Part shown: piece after piece, positions 22,777 to 33,324 of the stretch | Layout: each line of letters opens with the position of its first letter | How positions within the stretch are numbered: position 1 is the stretch's first letter | DNA from: Clostridia bacterium | GTDB lineage: Bacteria; Bacillota; Clostridia; Christensenellales; Aristaeellaceae | Length of the DNA stretch: 64,000 bases | Assembly: GCA_017431005.1 (NCBI GenBank) | Contig: JAFRLY010000008.1 | Location: 3,337 to 67,336 of the forward strand | Reading direction: 5' to 3' | Notes under the pieces: model-generated | Told to the model about the DNA's origin: nothing | Seen by the model: only the letters and a program-made list of their open reading frames with translations | Database searches by the model: none | Translations under genes and position numbers: made by a program

Positions 22777-24297
22777 TCAGAAACCGATTTTCCGGGCCAG
22801 CGCATTCTGGATCACCGGTGCTTTTCCTTCATGGCGCATCGATTTGGATACTGTGATTTCAAGATCGAGCCCATCGCGGTGCAGGACCACATCATAGGCC
22901 ATCCAGGAATTCAGCCAGTGCACCGTGAACCGCACGGTGTTTTCATCGGTGAAATATCCATGACAGCAGGTCATTGGCATTCCCGGAATCACCTGAGCGG
23001 TGGAAACCGCCCGCATCGTTCCGTCCAGGGACACCTCAAACACGGACTTTCCGTTCACCGTAACCCGCAGCATTCCCGCCTCCAGGCAAAGGTTCAGATA
23101 CCGGATTTCCCGGGTAACGGAGGGATCATAGAACATATGATAAAACTCCACATTCCCGGGGAATGCCTCCATCCAGAAATTGGCGTTTCCTTCCCGCACG
23201 GCATAGGTTCCGTTCAGCTTCACTGCGCCTTCGGGCACCGGCCGGATTTCCGGCACAGGCAGTGAACGGCTGTTTTCATAATCCCGCAGCTGTCTCATCG
23301 CTTCCGGGTCCGGCGTCATCGGCTTTCCGGTCATGTCCCGCAGCAGGTCCTGCAGAATATCCAGCGTCTTCTGCACGCCGTTCGGATGCATGCCGCCCTC
23401 CTGCAGGGAAATCACGGCACGCTTCTCCGGATCCATCAGGCAGAACTGCCCCTGGCCGCCGTCGAAACGGTATACTCCCGGTTTCCGGCACATCCAGAGC
23501 TGCCAGCCGTATCCGACCTTCGCGTCCGCGGTTCCGGGATCCGGCGTGGTATCCACCTGCTTCCGGGTCGCCTCATCCATCCATTCCCGGCTGATGATCT
23601 GTTTCCCGTCCGCAAAGCCGCGGGCCAGATAGAACAGACCCAGGCGCAGGTTTGCCTCCGTCGTGGACGCCGTACCGGGTTCCGCGCAGATTCCGCTGCC
23701 GAACCGGCACCAGACCAGGTCTTTCTCCCCCACGCCGATCCGGTCCAGCAATTCCTCCCGCAGATACTGCTCCACGGTCTTCCCTGTCCGCTTTTCAATC
23801 AGCGCTCCCAGCATGCAGGATCCGACGGAGTTGTAATAAAAATACGTTCCGGGTTTTTTCTCAACCGGATAGCGCAGGAAGTTTTCCATCCAGCAGTCAT
23901 CGAAATACGGCATCCCCGTCATGCCGCAGGACATGCTCATCAGATCCCGCAACCGGGCTTCGCGCATCCCCTGGCTGATTTCAACACCGTAGCTTTCAAA
24001 TTCTTCGGCGAACAGATCCGCCACCCGGTCTTCGGGAGACAGCAGCCCCTGTGTGCAGGCAATTCCCACAGCCGTGCAGGTCCAGCTTTTGCCCATGGAA
24101 TGATTGGTATGAGGAAAGGACGGATCAAAAGGCCGCGGCCAGGACTCGGAAATCACTTCCCCGTCCACCGCGATCATGACACCGTGAATTTCGTTTTCCG
24201 TCGCGTCGAGCGCCCGGAGCGCCTGCAGCACGCGCAGACTGCTGACGCCTTTTTCTTCGGGCGTTGCGCGCTTCAGAGGCCTGTTGTTCAGTTCCAT
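22777..24297 (-). CDS. Serine hydrolase, beta-lactamase class C / NylB-like family
   Basis: SxxK (SMGK), YNS, YGWQLW, DGGQGQ; no signal peptide. Confidence 0.85.
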   Translation of the reverse strand: MELNNRPLKRATPEEKGVSSLRVLQALRALDATENEIHGVMIAVDGEVISESWPRPFDPSFPHTNHSMGKSWTCTAVGIACTQGLLSPEDRVADLFAEEFESYGVEISQGMREARLRDLMSMSCGMTGMPYFDDCWMENFLRYPVEKKPGTYFYYNSVGSCMLGALIEKRTGKTVEQYLREELLDRIGVGEKDLVWCRFGSGICAEPGTASTTEANLRLGLFYLARGFADGKQIISREWMDEATRKQVDTTPDPGTADAKVGYGWQLWMCRKPGVYRFDGGQGQFCLMDPEKRAVISLQEGGMHPNGVQKTLDILQDLLRDMTGKPMTPDPEAMRQLRDYENSRSLPVPEIRPVPEGAVKLNGTYAVREGNANFWMEAFPGNVEFYHMFYDPSVTREIRYLNLCLEAGMLRVTVNGKSVFEVSLDGTMRAVSTAQVIPGMPMTCCHGYFTDENTVRFTVHWLNSWMAYDVVLHRDGLDLEITVSKSMRHEGKAPVIQNALARKIGF

Positions 24298-24324
24298 ATC
24301 TGTTCACCGCTTTCCTGGTACAGA

Positions 24325-24349
24325 GGGAGCCGGCGGTTCGCCGGCTCCC
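24325..24349 (-). other. Stem-loop after SBP gene (probable mRNA stabiliser or attenuator)
   Basis: GGGAGCCGGCG-GTT-CGCCGGCTCCC; no U tract on the minus strand. Confidence 0.55.
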
Positions 24350-24370
24350 CCGTTTCAGTCGTCTGTTGTC

Positions 24371-25885
24371 TTACTTTCCGAGATACTCGGCCAGCTGGGC
24401 CTTGAAGTCTTCCTCAATCTTGTCGATGCCGGCTGCATGCACTTCATTGCGGAACTGTTCCACCATCGCTTCGGTATCGTCCCCGTAAAGCCCGAAGCCC
24501 AGTGTCCACTGGTATTCAGTCCACAGCGCGGCGATTACGGAAGCCTCGGCAGCATACTTTGAAGAGTCATAGGAGAATCCGATGGCAGGCATGGAATCGT
24601 TCACGCGCTCCTCAGCCAGCTTCTTCCAGGCAGCCAGATCCTCATTCTCAATCTTCAGCTGCGGATTGCCCAGCCGCTGCATGGAGAAAATCATCTGGTC
24701 CGTGTTGTAGCGATCCTGGGCAGGGCCGTTGCTGTAGGTGCCGTCATCGTTCAGAATGTAGTGTTCACCCTCAAAGCCGTAAACCAGCAGCATGTTGATT
24801 TCCGGATCGTTCATCATCATATCCAGCGCAACAGCGGCACGCTCTGTTTTCGTGGACTTGTTCGGGAAGGAGTTGCCATAGCGCATGAAGCGGTCGCGGC
24901 TTGTGCGGGTGGTGTCATCCATGCACAGATACAGCGGTACCAGGTCGTCATACTGCTCCATATAAGCCATGGTCAGCGGAATGCCGGAGAAGTTGATCAC
25001 AGATGTTCCGGCGGCAAAATTGTCTTCCAGCGTGCTTTCGGAGGAGATAACGTCGGAAGGATATACACCGTTTTTGTAGTATTCCGCCATCTTCAGACAG
25101 TATTCCTTGAATTCAGGGGTATCGCCGAACCAGGTCAGGTCGTCCAGTGTAACCGGATCCTTCTTCAGGTCATAGAAGTACCAGATGCCTGTGGAGGAGC
25201 TGCCGGCCGTTCCCAGATCGTACTTGGGGTTCAGAAGGCAGAAATGGCTGGGCCAGAACCCCTGGCAGTTGATCGGATACACGCCCGTGCCCTTTTCCTT
25301 TTCGGCGATGGCATACAGGAATTCATCCAGCTTGTCCCAGCTGGTGATATCCTCGGCCTTAAAGCCGGCTTCATCCAGCCAGCACTTACGGGTCAGGATC
25401 AGCTGGGGAACGGTCACTTCGGAATAATCCCGCGGTACGGTATAAATGGTCCCGCCGACCTTTACCTCCGCCCAGGCGAAAGAGGGCATCGCTTCATAGG
25501 TTTTCGGCATATAGGTCTTCAGAAATTCCTCATCAATCGGCTTGAACGCGCCGTTGCGGGCATTATCCGCGTAGTTGCACCACTCTGCCGTGTAAAGGAT
25601 ATCGATATCCGGGCTGGCGCAGTAGAGCGTGTAGTTGGCAATGAAATCCGCAAAGGAAACATGAACAAAGTTGACGGTCGTGTTGATTTTCTGTTGCAGC
25701 AATTCGTTCACTTTGGCGGAAACACGGTCCCAGTCCGCCAGGTCGTTACCTACATGGTACATGGTAATGGTTTCAGGAGCCGAGAGGTCCACGCCCGGAT
25801 AATCAGCCGCAGTCTCAGCGGAGGCTGAGGCGCAGACGGATATCAGCAGAGCAAGCGACAGCAGCAGAGCAAGCAAACGTTTCAT
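24371..25885 (-). CDS. ABC transporter solute-binding protein (DUF3502-type)
   Basis: Signal peptide ending ASA-E; C-terminal AAGIDKIEEDFKAQL; follows two permeases. Confidence 0.88.
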   Translation of the reverse strand: MKRLLALLLSLALLISVCASASAETAADYPGVDLSAPETITMYHVGNDLADWDRVSAKVNELLQQKINTTVNFVHVSFADFIANYTLYCASPDIDILYTAEWCNYADNARNGAFKPIDEEFLKTYMPKTYEAMPSFAWAEVKVGGTIYTVPRDYSEVTVPQLILTRKCWLDEAGFKAEDITSWDKLDEFLYAIAEKEKGTGVYPINCQGFWPSHFCLLNPKYDLGTAGSSSTGIWYFYDLKKDPVTLDDLTWFGDTPEFKEYCLKMAEYYKNGVYPSDVISSESTLEDNFAAGTSVINFSGIPLTMAYMEQYDDLVPLYLCMDDTTRTSRDRFMRYGNSFPNKSTKTERAAVALDMMMNDPEINMLLVYGFEGEHYILNDDGTYSNGPAQDRYNTDQMIFSMQRLGNPQLKIENEDLAAWKKLAEERVNDSMPAIGFSYDSSKYAAEASVIAALWTEYQWTLGFGLYGDDTEAMVEQFRNEVHAAGIDKIEEDFKAQLAEYLGK

Positions 25886-25945
25886 TGAAAAAACCACCTT
25901 TCATTTTATTAATCAGGCCATCCGGCCTTACTACCGGTTCAGGAT

Positions 25946-26842
25946 TTACCCCTTTACAGCGCCGATTGTCATACCTTTGATAAAATAGCGCTGCAGGAAG
26001 GGATACAGAAGAATAATCGGCCCCACGGTCACACACGTCATCGCCATCTTCATACTGGCCGACGGGATGTCCATGGAGGAAATGGTGGTCACTTCCCCGG
26101 CAGCTGCCATCTGCTTCATCGCCTGGATGCTTGCCAGGATCTGCTGCAGCAGATACTGCAGGCTCTGCATCTGAGGCTTTGAAATAAACAGCATGGAATA
26201 ATACCAGTCATTCCAGTATGCCAATGCGGTAAACAGCGTCAGCGTGGCCACCAGCGGCTTGGTCAGCGGCAGGATCAGCTTCATAAAAATCTGCATATCG
26301 TTTGCGCCGTCGATCTTGCCGCTTTCAGTGATTTCAAATGCAATACCCTTCATGTAGTTCTTGGCCAGAATCACGTTCCATACTGAGAACATCAGCGGCA
26401 GGATCCGGGCAAGATAATTATCCTTGAATCCCAGATAGGTGGTGCACATCAGGTACCATGGAACAAGTCCGCCGTTGAACAGGGTCGTGAAGAAGAAAAA
26501 CAGGGAAAAATGGTTGTGCCATCTGAAGTCGCGCCGCGCCAGCACATACCCCGTCATGGACGCGATGGCCACTGCCAGCACCGTACCGATTCCCGTCACA
26601 AGGATCGTATTGCCGTAAGCCCAGAGAATGCGTGACGGATTGGAAAAGATGAACCTGTATGCCTCAACGGAAAACTCCTCCGGCCACAGTCCGTATCCGT
26701 TCCGAAGCAGCGATACCTCGGAGGTGAAGGAAGACACCAGCACAATGCAGAACGGAATCAGGCAGGCCATTCCAAGAAGAAAGAGCACAAAATAGCTGAG
26801 AAAGGACAGGGTGAGCTTATCCCACTGGATTTTTTTCCTCAT
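25946..26842 (-). CDS. Carbohydrate ABC permease
   Basis: EITESGKIDGA; YWNDW; YPFLQRYFIKG. Confidence 0.92.
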   Translation of the reverse strand: MRKKIQWDKLTLSFLSYFVLFLLGMACLIPFCIVLVSSFTSEVSLLRNGYGLWPEEFSVEAYRFIFSNPSRILWAYGNTILVTGIGTVLAVAIASMTGYVLARRDFRWHNHFSLFFFFTTLFNGGLVPWYLMCTTYLGFKDNYLARILPLMFSVWNVILAKNYMKGIAFEITESGKIDGANDMQIFMKLILPLTKPLVATLTLFTALAYWNDWYYSMLFISKPQMQSLQYLLQQILASIQAMKQMAAAGEVTTISSMDIPSASMKMAMTCVTVGPIILLYPFLQRYFIKGMTIGAVKG

Positions 26843-26858
26843 CGCATATCACCTCTTC

Positions 26859-27815
26859 TCAGAACAGCGAATAGTCCGGCTCAATCCATTTCACCAGCGC
26901 GTTCACCGCCATAATCGTGACGAAGCACAGCACGCTCTGGTAGAAACCTGCAGCCGCCGTCATGCCAAGGTTTGAGTTGCCCAGCATGCTGCGGTAAATA
27001 TATGTGTCCAGAATATCCGTTTTCCGCAGCAGCACGCCGTTATTTCCGATCAGCTGGTAGAACATGCCGAAATCTCCGCGGAAAATCCGTCCCACCGCCA
27101 GCAACACCATGATGATGACCGTGGACAGCAGAGCGGGCAGTGTTACATAGCGGATCTGCTGCCATTTGTTGGCGCCGTCCAGCTCCGCCGCCTCATACAG
27201 ACCCGGGTCAATTCCGGTGATAGCGGAAAGATAGACAACGCTTCCGTATCCGACCGATTTCCAGGCGCTCAGGGTCACCAGCAGCGTCGGCCAGACGGAT
27301 GCTGTTGTGTTGATATTGATTTTGTTTCCCGAAACAATCTCCAGGATCTTATTAATTGCGCCGTATTCATAGCTGAGAAGCGCCTGCACGATAGCTGCCG
27401 CCACAACCCAGCTGATGAAATACGGCAGGAAAATAAAGGACTGAAAGGATTTTTTGAACCATTTGCAGGTAATCTCGTTAAGAAAAACGGCGATAAGCAC
27501 CTCCAGGAAGGTGTTCACCACAATGAAGCCAAAGTTGTAAAGCAGGGTGGCTGATGTCAGCGTTCCCAGCTTGCCTGAGATGAGCAGAAAGCGGAAATTG
27601 TCCAGCCCGTTCCATGGGCTGCCGAATACACCGTCCACATAATTGAACTGCTTGAAGGAAAGAACCAGACCGGACATGGGCAGGTAATGGAAAACCAGTG
27701 TATACAGCACAGCCGGCAGGAGCATCAGCAGCAGCATCCAGTCTTTCCGGATCGTATGCCCGAAGGTTTCCCGCCGGATCCGGACCGGTAAGGCGGGCGG
27801 ATTTTTCTTACTCAT
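26859..27815 (-). CDS. Carbohydrate ABC permease
   Basis: LYEAAELDGANKWQQ; FRGDFGMFYQ. Confidence 0.92.
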   Translation of the reverse strand: MSKKNPPALPVRIRRETFGHTIRKDWMLLLMLLPAVLYTLVFHYLPMSGLVLSFKQFNYVDGVFGSPWNGLDNFRFLLISGKLGTLTSATLLYNFGFIVVNTFLEVLIAVFLNEITCKWFKKSFQSFIFLPYFISWVVAAAIVQALLSYEYGAINKILEIVSGNKININTTASVWPTLLVTLSAWKSVGYGSVVYLSAITGIDPGLYEAAELDGANKWQQIRYVTLPALLSTVIIMVLLAVGRIFRGDFGMFYQLIGNNGVLLRKTDILDTYIYRSMLGNSNLGMTAAAGFYQSVLCFVTIMAVNALVKWIEPDYSLF

Positions 27816-27855
27816 CAGGAACCTTCTCCTTTCAGCAGTCACGGCTGCAGGTCAA

Positions 27856-29061
27856 TCAGGCTGTTTGCCCGGAAGGCGCCGGGTCCGGGTTCTTCCGCTT
27901 CCACAATGTATAACCGGTAAGGATCAGCAGCTCGATTCCGATTGGAATCAGCATCCAGAGATAGATGTCGGAATATCCCGCCTTGTCCGCGATCATGCCG
28001 GCCAGGTAGGAGCCGATACCGCTGCCGATATCCAGGCCGGTATAGAATATAATCTGCGCCATCCCGATCTGGCTCTTGTCCACAGAACGGACGCTCCAGG
28101 CCTGGGTTGTCGGGTTGATGCTGCCGTAGCTCAGCGCGTAAAACAGCGCTGTCACCAGGAACGCCGGCAGGCTTGCAGCATAGTGCAGGGAAACCATCAC
28201 GCCGCCGAAAATCAGCAGCGACGGGATCATCAGGGTCCACGGCGGGATCCGGTCGGACATCCGTCCGAAGAAGGGCCTGGCGAACAGAAGCGTGAAGGCG
28301 TTCACCGTAAAGAACAAGCCGATATTTGCCACTCCGCGCTCGGCTGCCGTCAGCGCGATAAAGGAGCTGACAGCGCTCGCCGGAATCATGGAGACCAGGA
28401 TAAACAGAGTCGGAAATGCGGGACGCCAGTCGATCGTTCCGGGTTTTTGCGGCGTCTTCCTTTTCTCACCGCGCTGAGCCCCTTCAATATCCTTCAGGCA
28501 GAAGCACAGAATCACGGAGATAACCAGCAGCCCGGCGGCAATGCGGAAGGTATTGGCATAGCCGACCAGCTCCACAAGCGTAAGCCCCAGATTCGGCGCC
28601 AGCGCCTGTCCCAGCACTGAGCCGAGGCCGAAAAGACCGATTCCCGCGCCAATCCTGCTTTCCGGCAGCGCCATGGCCGCCAGAGTCGCCAGGCCGACTG
28701 TACAGATGCCCCAGCCGACACCCTGCAGGAGACGGAAAGCATACAGCGCCGCAGCGGAAGTGCTGACGGAAAATCCGAACATGGCAACGGCTATCAGACC
28801 CAGGCCCAGGATGATGCCCTTTCTGTACCGTCCTTCCAGGCTGATCCGTGTCAGCGCCACCCGGCTCGCGATGGATGTAATGGCGAACATTGTTCCCAGC
28901 ATACCTGCCACCGCGTTTCCCAGCTGCAGGTCAACCGCATACATGGGCAGAGTCGGCGTCAGGATATGAAACCCCATCGCGTTAAAAAAATTGACAGCAA
29001 AAATGGTAATAAAAGGAACAGACCACACCGTGTCTGCACGTGCGGTTTTTTTTGAAAACAC
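27856..29061 (-). CDS. MFS transporter
   Basis: About 12 hydrophobic segments, FRLLQGVG, GRMSDRI motif A; GTG start after AAAGGTGG. Confidence 0.88.
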   Translation of the reverse strand: MFSKKTARADTVWSVPFITIFAVNFFNAMGFHILTPTLPMYAVDLQLGNAVAGMLGTMFAITSIASRVALTRISLEGRYRKGIILGLGLIAVAMFGFSVSTSAAALYAFRLLQGVGWGICTVGLATLAAMALPESRIGAGIGLFGLGSVLGQALAPNLGLTLVELVGYANTFRIAAGLLVISVILCFCLKDIEGAQRGEKRKTPQKPGTIDWRPAFPTLFILVSMIPASAVSSFIALTAAERGVANIGLFFTVNAFTLLFARPFFGRMSDRIPPWTLMIPSLLIFGGVMVSLHYAASLPAFLVTALFYALSYGSINPTTQAWSVRSVDKSQIGMAQIIFYTGLDIGSGIGSYLAGMIADKAGYSDIYLWMLIPIGIELLILTGYTLWKRKNPDPAPSGQTA

Positions 29062-29088
29062 CGATATGACCACCTTTCTATGGCTCAG

Positions 29089-29196
29089 AATATACCACAT
29101 AGTACAATTCTGCGTGTCATAAAAAGCAATGCAATCCCCCCGGATGGTAATAAAAAGTATTATTTTCTTGTTTTCAAATCCCCAATCGGCTATAAT
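29089..29196. promoter_or_regulatory. Divergent promoter region for MFS/ABC cassette and AraC
   Basis: Plus strand TTGTTT-17-TATAAT (29168-29196); minus strand extended -10 TGGTATATT (29089-29097); ATAAAAAG direct repeats at 29119 and 29150. Confidence 0.55.
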
Positions 29197-29235
29197 GATT
29201 TCCGGCGAATCACTTTTCAGGAGTCAGAACACACA

Positions 29236-30069
29236 ATGGACAATATCAGCACCGGACTTCCGTCCGATTACGTTTCGCTGGTTTCCTTCTTCATCCGGGA
29301 TGAGGATGAGGAAACGGCGCTTCTTCGTCCGGGAGACACTCTCTTTATTTACTGCCGGACCGGCGTCGTCTCCGTTTCAGACAACGGTATCGTACACAGC
29401 CTGACACCGGGCTGGTTTCTTCTTTCCCATCCCCGGGGCAGCGTTCAGCTCCGGATGTCCGGCATCCATTCAGAGTGCTGCGTGCTGGAAATCGCCTCCG
29501 GCAGGACAGGGATCGCTTCCTGCTCCGCCTCCATTTTCAATTTTCAGGCCTTCGACACCCTGACCCGCCTGGATACTGAGGAAAACCGGATTCTGCTGAC
29601 ACTGAATGAGATAGCCAATGAAATCTCCAGCCATAACGAAGCGGAAAAAAGGATCATGGATCTGCTGTTCAATGTTTTTCTGGTCAAGCTGGAGCGGGCC
29701 GTCCAGTCCCACGGGCGGGCCACCGGCTTTCGTTATGTTTCCGAAGCCAAGCAGTTCATCCGTGAAAACCTCAGCGGCAGCATCACTGTTCAGACCCTTG
29801 CCGATCATCTCGGCATTCACCGTTCTTACCTGATGAGTATTTTCCGCCAGCAGACGCATATGAGCGTCAAAAAATACATCAACCGTATGCGGATCACCCA
29901 GGCCACCATTCTGCTGACAAATTCGGATCTTTCCGTCACGGAAATCGCTTTCCAGGTTGGTTATAACAGTCGTCAGAATTTTTACGTCGCCTTTGAGAAA
30001 ACCTTCGGCTGCTCACCCAGCCAGTTCCGCGTATCCCAGGTTGCCGACGGAAGATGGCGGACAGAATAA
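29236..30069 (+). CDS. AraC-family transcriptional regulator
   Basis: LADHLGIHRSYL...EIAFQVGYNSRQNFYVAFEKTFGCSPSQFR double HTH. Confidence 0.92.
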   Translation: MDNISTGLPSDYVSLVSFFIRDEDEETALLRPGDTLFIYCRTGVVSVSDNGIVHSLTPGWFLLSHPRGSVQLRMSGIHSECCVLEIASGRTGIASCSASIFNFQAFDTLTRLDTEENRILLTLNEIANEISSHNEAEKRIMDLLFNVFLVKLERAVQSHGRATGFRYVSEAKQFIRENLSGSITVQTLADHLGIHRSYLMSIFRQQTHMSVKKYINRMRITQATILLTNSDLSVTEIAFQVGYNSRQNFYVAFEKTFGCSPSQFRVSQVADGRWRTE

Positions 30070-30116
30070 AAAAAGCAGGGGGAACGCACCCAAAGGGCCG
30101 TTCCCCCTGCTTTTTT
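30068..30116. terminator. Bidirectional intrinsic terminator
   Basis: AAAAAAGCAGGGGGAACG...CGTTCCCCCTGCTTTTTT. Confidence 0.85.
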
Positions 30117-30118
30117 AT

Positions 30119-31852
30119 TTATTTTGGAATCACCGGCAGAATCAGTCTGGAAGGATGTTCTGCGTCATGCCAGATTTTCTGGTGTGCCACAACGCCCTCC
30201 GATTCATATCCCACCCTGCCGAAGGTGTTCAGGTTCCTGTCCGCGTCCGGGAAAAGGGAGCTGGTCACATCCAGCCGGATGGCTTCACCGGGCTGGAGTA
30301 CGATGCAGGTGTTCCCCGCCTCAATCTCAAACCGGTAAATTTCTCCGGGCACCATCTCCTCGGCATGCGGCCCGTTGCGGTACCGGCCGCGCACCAGCAG
30401 CGCTCCCAGCTTATAGACCGTCCCGTCCTTTCTGACAACGCCGACCCGTGCGCAGAAGTCTGTATCCCGCGCGCTGGTGGAAGCGTAGATCACTGCCTTC
30501 AGCGGGCCGGTAATCTCCGTTTCTTCAGTAAATGCCGGTGTTGTATAAACCAGCACATCGTCCCGCGTCTGAAGCAGCGCCTGGTTCTGCATCAGGTTTT
30601 TCAGCGGTTCTCCCGTCCCGGAGGGGCAGGGGTTCATGGGATCATAGTCATACGCGTCCGGTGCTTCCCTGCCGGCGGGCTCCGTTGACAGCGTTCCGTC
30701 ACCGTTCAGCGTGTTGGCATGTCCGGCCGAATGCAGGTAGTAGTCCGTAAATACCGTCCGTGCCAGCGGCCATTCATATTCATCCCGCCAGATGTTGGGA
30801 CCCATCACGAAAAGGCTGATCGGTGCGCCGGAGGTGTAGGCTGTTTCCTTTCCCTTGCACCAGTGGTCAAACCACTGCGCCAGCCGGTCCGTGACGCCGA
30901 AGTCATCGCCGGAGCCCTGCGGTCCGTAATACACGCCTTCGATCCAGCCCTCCAGCCGGTCGCTGTGAACCCACGGCCCGACAATCAGCTTTGAATGCTT
31001 TCTGCAGGCCTCGCTGCCGCCGCGCTTCACAAACTGGGTATAGTTATAAATCGTCTTGTCTCTCAGAAAATCGTTCCAGCCGGTCAGGTTCAGCGTCGGA
31101 ACCGTGGTTTCCTCAAAGCCCTCCACCCGGCCGATGGAAGCAAGATATTCCTGATTGTCAATGTTTTCCAGCAGCTCACGGTGGAAACGCAGCTCGGGCA
31201 CCCCTTCCACATTGCCCGCCGGCATGTCTTTCATAGGCAGCCAGTTCACCTGCTCCATCATATCGAAGCTGTTCATTTTCGCCACAGCCTCCGGCGAGTA
31301 CTGATCCGGGAAATACTTCAGCCGATCCAGGGCCCGCCCGGTGATCCACCCGAACAGCACCGGGGAAAAGATGCCGAAATCATAGATCGCCGGAAATTTC
31401 GTCCAGGAGGTCATGAATGGGCAGATGGCTTTCAGATGGGGCGGATTCGCCCTGGCGCACGCCAGCTGGGAAAAGCCGTGATAGCTTTCCCCCAGCATGG
31501 CCACATTCCCGTCGCACCACGGCATCCGCGCAATCGCCTCAATGGTGTCGTATCCGTCCTCGTCCTGATGCCCCGCCGGATCGCAGACGCCTTCGGAATG
31601 GCCGGTTCCCCGCACATCCTGAATGACCACATTGTATCCGCAGCCGGCCAGGTGATGGGCATGGATATAGCCGGCCAGATGCCCGGTATTGTCCTTCAGG
31701 TAAGGGGTACGGTTCACAATGGCCGGATAGGGCCTGTCATCATCCGGGCGGTATACGTCCGCGTACAGCGTTACGCCGTCGCGGGTCTTTACCGGAACGT
31801 TGTACAGGATTCTGACATCCTGTATCTCATGCCCGTTCAGGGTCATCGGCAT
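30119..31852 (-). CDS. CocE/NonD-family hydrolase (peptidase S15-like)
   Basis: TRDGVTLYADVYRP, RTPY, QDVRGTGHSEG, GESYHG, GPWVH; PepX C-terminal domain. Confidence 0.92.
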   Translation of the reverse strand: MPMTLNGHEIQDVRILYNVPVKTRDGVTLYADVYRPDDDRPYPAIVNRTPYLKDNTGHLAGYIHAHHLAGCGYNVVIQDVRGTGHSEGVCDPAGHQDEDGYDTIEAIARMPWCDGNVAMLGESYHGFSQLACARANPPHLKAICPFMTSWTKFPAIYDFGIFSPVLFGWITGRALDRLKYFPDQYSPEAVAKMNSFDMMEQVNWLPMKDMPAGNVEGVPELRFHRELLENIDNQEYLASIGRVEGFEETTVPTLNLTGWNDFLRDKTIYNYTQFVKRGGSEACRKHSKLIVGPWVHSDRLEGWIEGVYYGPQGSGDDFGVTDRLAQWFDHWCKGKETAYTSGAPISLFVMGPNIWRDEYEWPLARTVFTDYYLHSAGHANTLNGDGTLSTEPAGREAPDAYDYDPMNPCPSGTGEPLKNLMQNQALLQTRDDVLVYTTPAFTEETEITGPLKAVIYASTSARDTDFCARVGVVRKDGTVYKLGALLVRGRYRNGPHAEEMVPGEIYRFEIEAGNTCIVLQPGEAIRLDVTSSLFPDADRNLNTFGRVGYESEGVVAHQKIWHDAEHPSRLILPVIPK

Positions 31853-31854
31853 GT

Positions 31855-33324
31855 TTATTCTCCTTTCACCCATGCACCGCGGGCTTTCTCCTCCGGCACG
31901 TCGAACCCGCCCACGGACACGCGTACCGTGGAAATATCCGCCCCGTTTTCGTCAAAGCGGAAGGTCAGGTAATGGACACGGCAGGACTCCAGCCACCGCA
32001 GCTCCAGGCGCAGCGTTCCGTCCTCCTCAAAGGCGCCCGTCATGCAGGCTGTCCGCGCCGGGTTGCTGCTGACCGGTTCAACATCTGACAGGATCCGCTG
32101 GCCCTTCAGGCCGACAGGGCAGAATACTGTCCTGCCCCTCGCCGTCACGCCCAGCGTCAGATCGCCGTTCCGGGCTGTAAAGGTAAAGGCCTCCACCGGC
32201 GTGTCATATGCCAGGTTGAAGATGCACAGATCATCCGCGAAGAAACGCGCTTTCCCCTCCGTGACCTTCAGGGTGCGTCCGTCCAGCTTCCGAAGCGCAG
32301 CCCGGTTCTCGCCGTAGCGCGGCGCCGGAATCGCAAGGCAGGACAGCCGCCGCTCAAAAGCACGGGTCTCCTCCTGTGTCCACGGCACCGCTTCATCCCG
32401 CAGCCCGGCAGCGAAATCCGCCAGAGCCGTACGGACACGGTCAACCGTTTCCTGGCTGGTAATCGTCTCCTGAATGGAAATAACCGTATCCTTTTCAGGG
32501 AAGAGCATACTCCACTGGCCCATGGCGCCGTCCGCCATCATGAAGCCCGGATACATCCACATCATGCCGCCGTAGGTCGCCCCGTCCGAATGCGGATTCT
32601 GAACCTGCAGAGCAAAATCAACCCATTCCCGGCACAGGATCTGTTCTCCGTCCCAGACGCCTTTCCGCCGGTACAGTTCCATCAGCAGCGCGTTATCCCG
32701 GACCGTTGAAATCCAGCCGCCGCTGCCGTTTTCCAGTCCGTCCGCGTGCTTATGCCAGGCGATCCGCCCCGGATCAATTCCGATCTTCTCAAACACACGC
32801 GGCGTCAGATAGTCAATGAGACCCAGCCCTGTCTTTTTCCGGATGCACGCGCCGACCATGGAGCAGGCGATGCTGTTGTAATACAGCGCGGTCCCAGGCT
32901 GATGGACGATATCCATCGTAAAGAATTTTTCCACCCATTCCGGGTCCGTCACCGGAGGCTGGCTCTCCATGCCTGTACCCATCGTGCAGATATGGCGCAC
33001 CTTCAGCTCATCCCACCATTGTTTTCCCTGCGTATGGTGCGCATACTCGGGGAACAGATCGATAAGCCTGTCCTCCAGGGACAGCAGTCCTTCCGTGACG
33101 GCCGCGCCCAGAGCGATGCCCGTCAGCGTCTTGGTCAGGGACTGATCCCCGTGGATGATTCCGGGGCCGTAAGGCGCCCAGTAGCCCTCAAAGGCAGGGA
33201 TGCCGTGACGCATCACCAGCAATGCGTGCGGTTCCGTCCCGGAGGCTTCGATAGCATCCAGTAAACGATTGGCGTCCCCACAGGAGACGCCAACCGTACC
33301 CGGATGCTGAAATTTCCAGATCAT
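31855..33324 (-). CDS. Serine hydrolase, beta-lactamase class C-like
   Basis: SLTK, YNS, DGAMGQ; paralogue of 22777-24297. Confidence 0.85.
   Translation of the reverse strand: MIWKFQHPGTVGVSCGDANRLLDAIEASGTEPHALLVMRHGIPAFEGYWAPYGPGIIHGDQSLTKTLTGIALGAAVTEGLLSLEDRLIDLFPEYAHHTQGKQWWDELKVRHICTMGTGMESQPPVTDPEWVEKFFTMDIVHQPGTALYYNSIACSMVGACIRKKTGLGLIDYLTPRVFEKIGIDPGRIAWHKHADGLENGSGGWISTVRDNALLMELYRRKGVWDGEQILCREWVDFALQVQNPHSDGATYGGMMWMYPGFMMADGAMGQWSMLFPEKDTVISIQETITSQETVDRVRTALADFAAGLRDEAVPWTQEETRAFERRLSCLAIPAPRYGENRAALRKLDGRTLKVTEGKARFFADDLCIFNLAYDTPVEAFTFTARNGDLTLGVTARGRTVFCPVGLKGQRILSDVEPVSSNPARTACMTGAFEEDGTLRLELRWLESCRVHYLTFRFDENGADISTVRVSVGGFDVPEEKARGAWVKGE

Noticed and set aside
22777-33324. 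Beta-lactam resistance genes
   Set aside because: The SxxK hydrolases are cytoplasmic, have YNS rather than YxN and lack KTG, and sit in catabolic operons. Esterase or amidase function is more likely.
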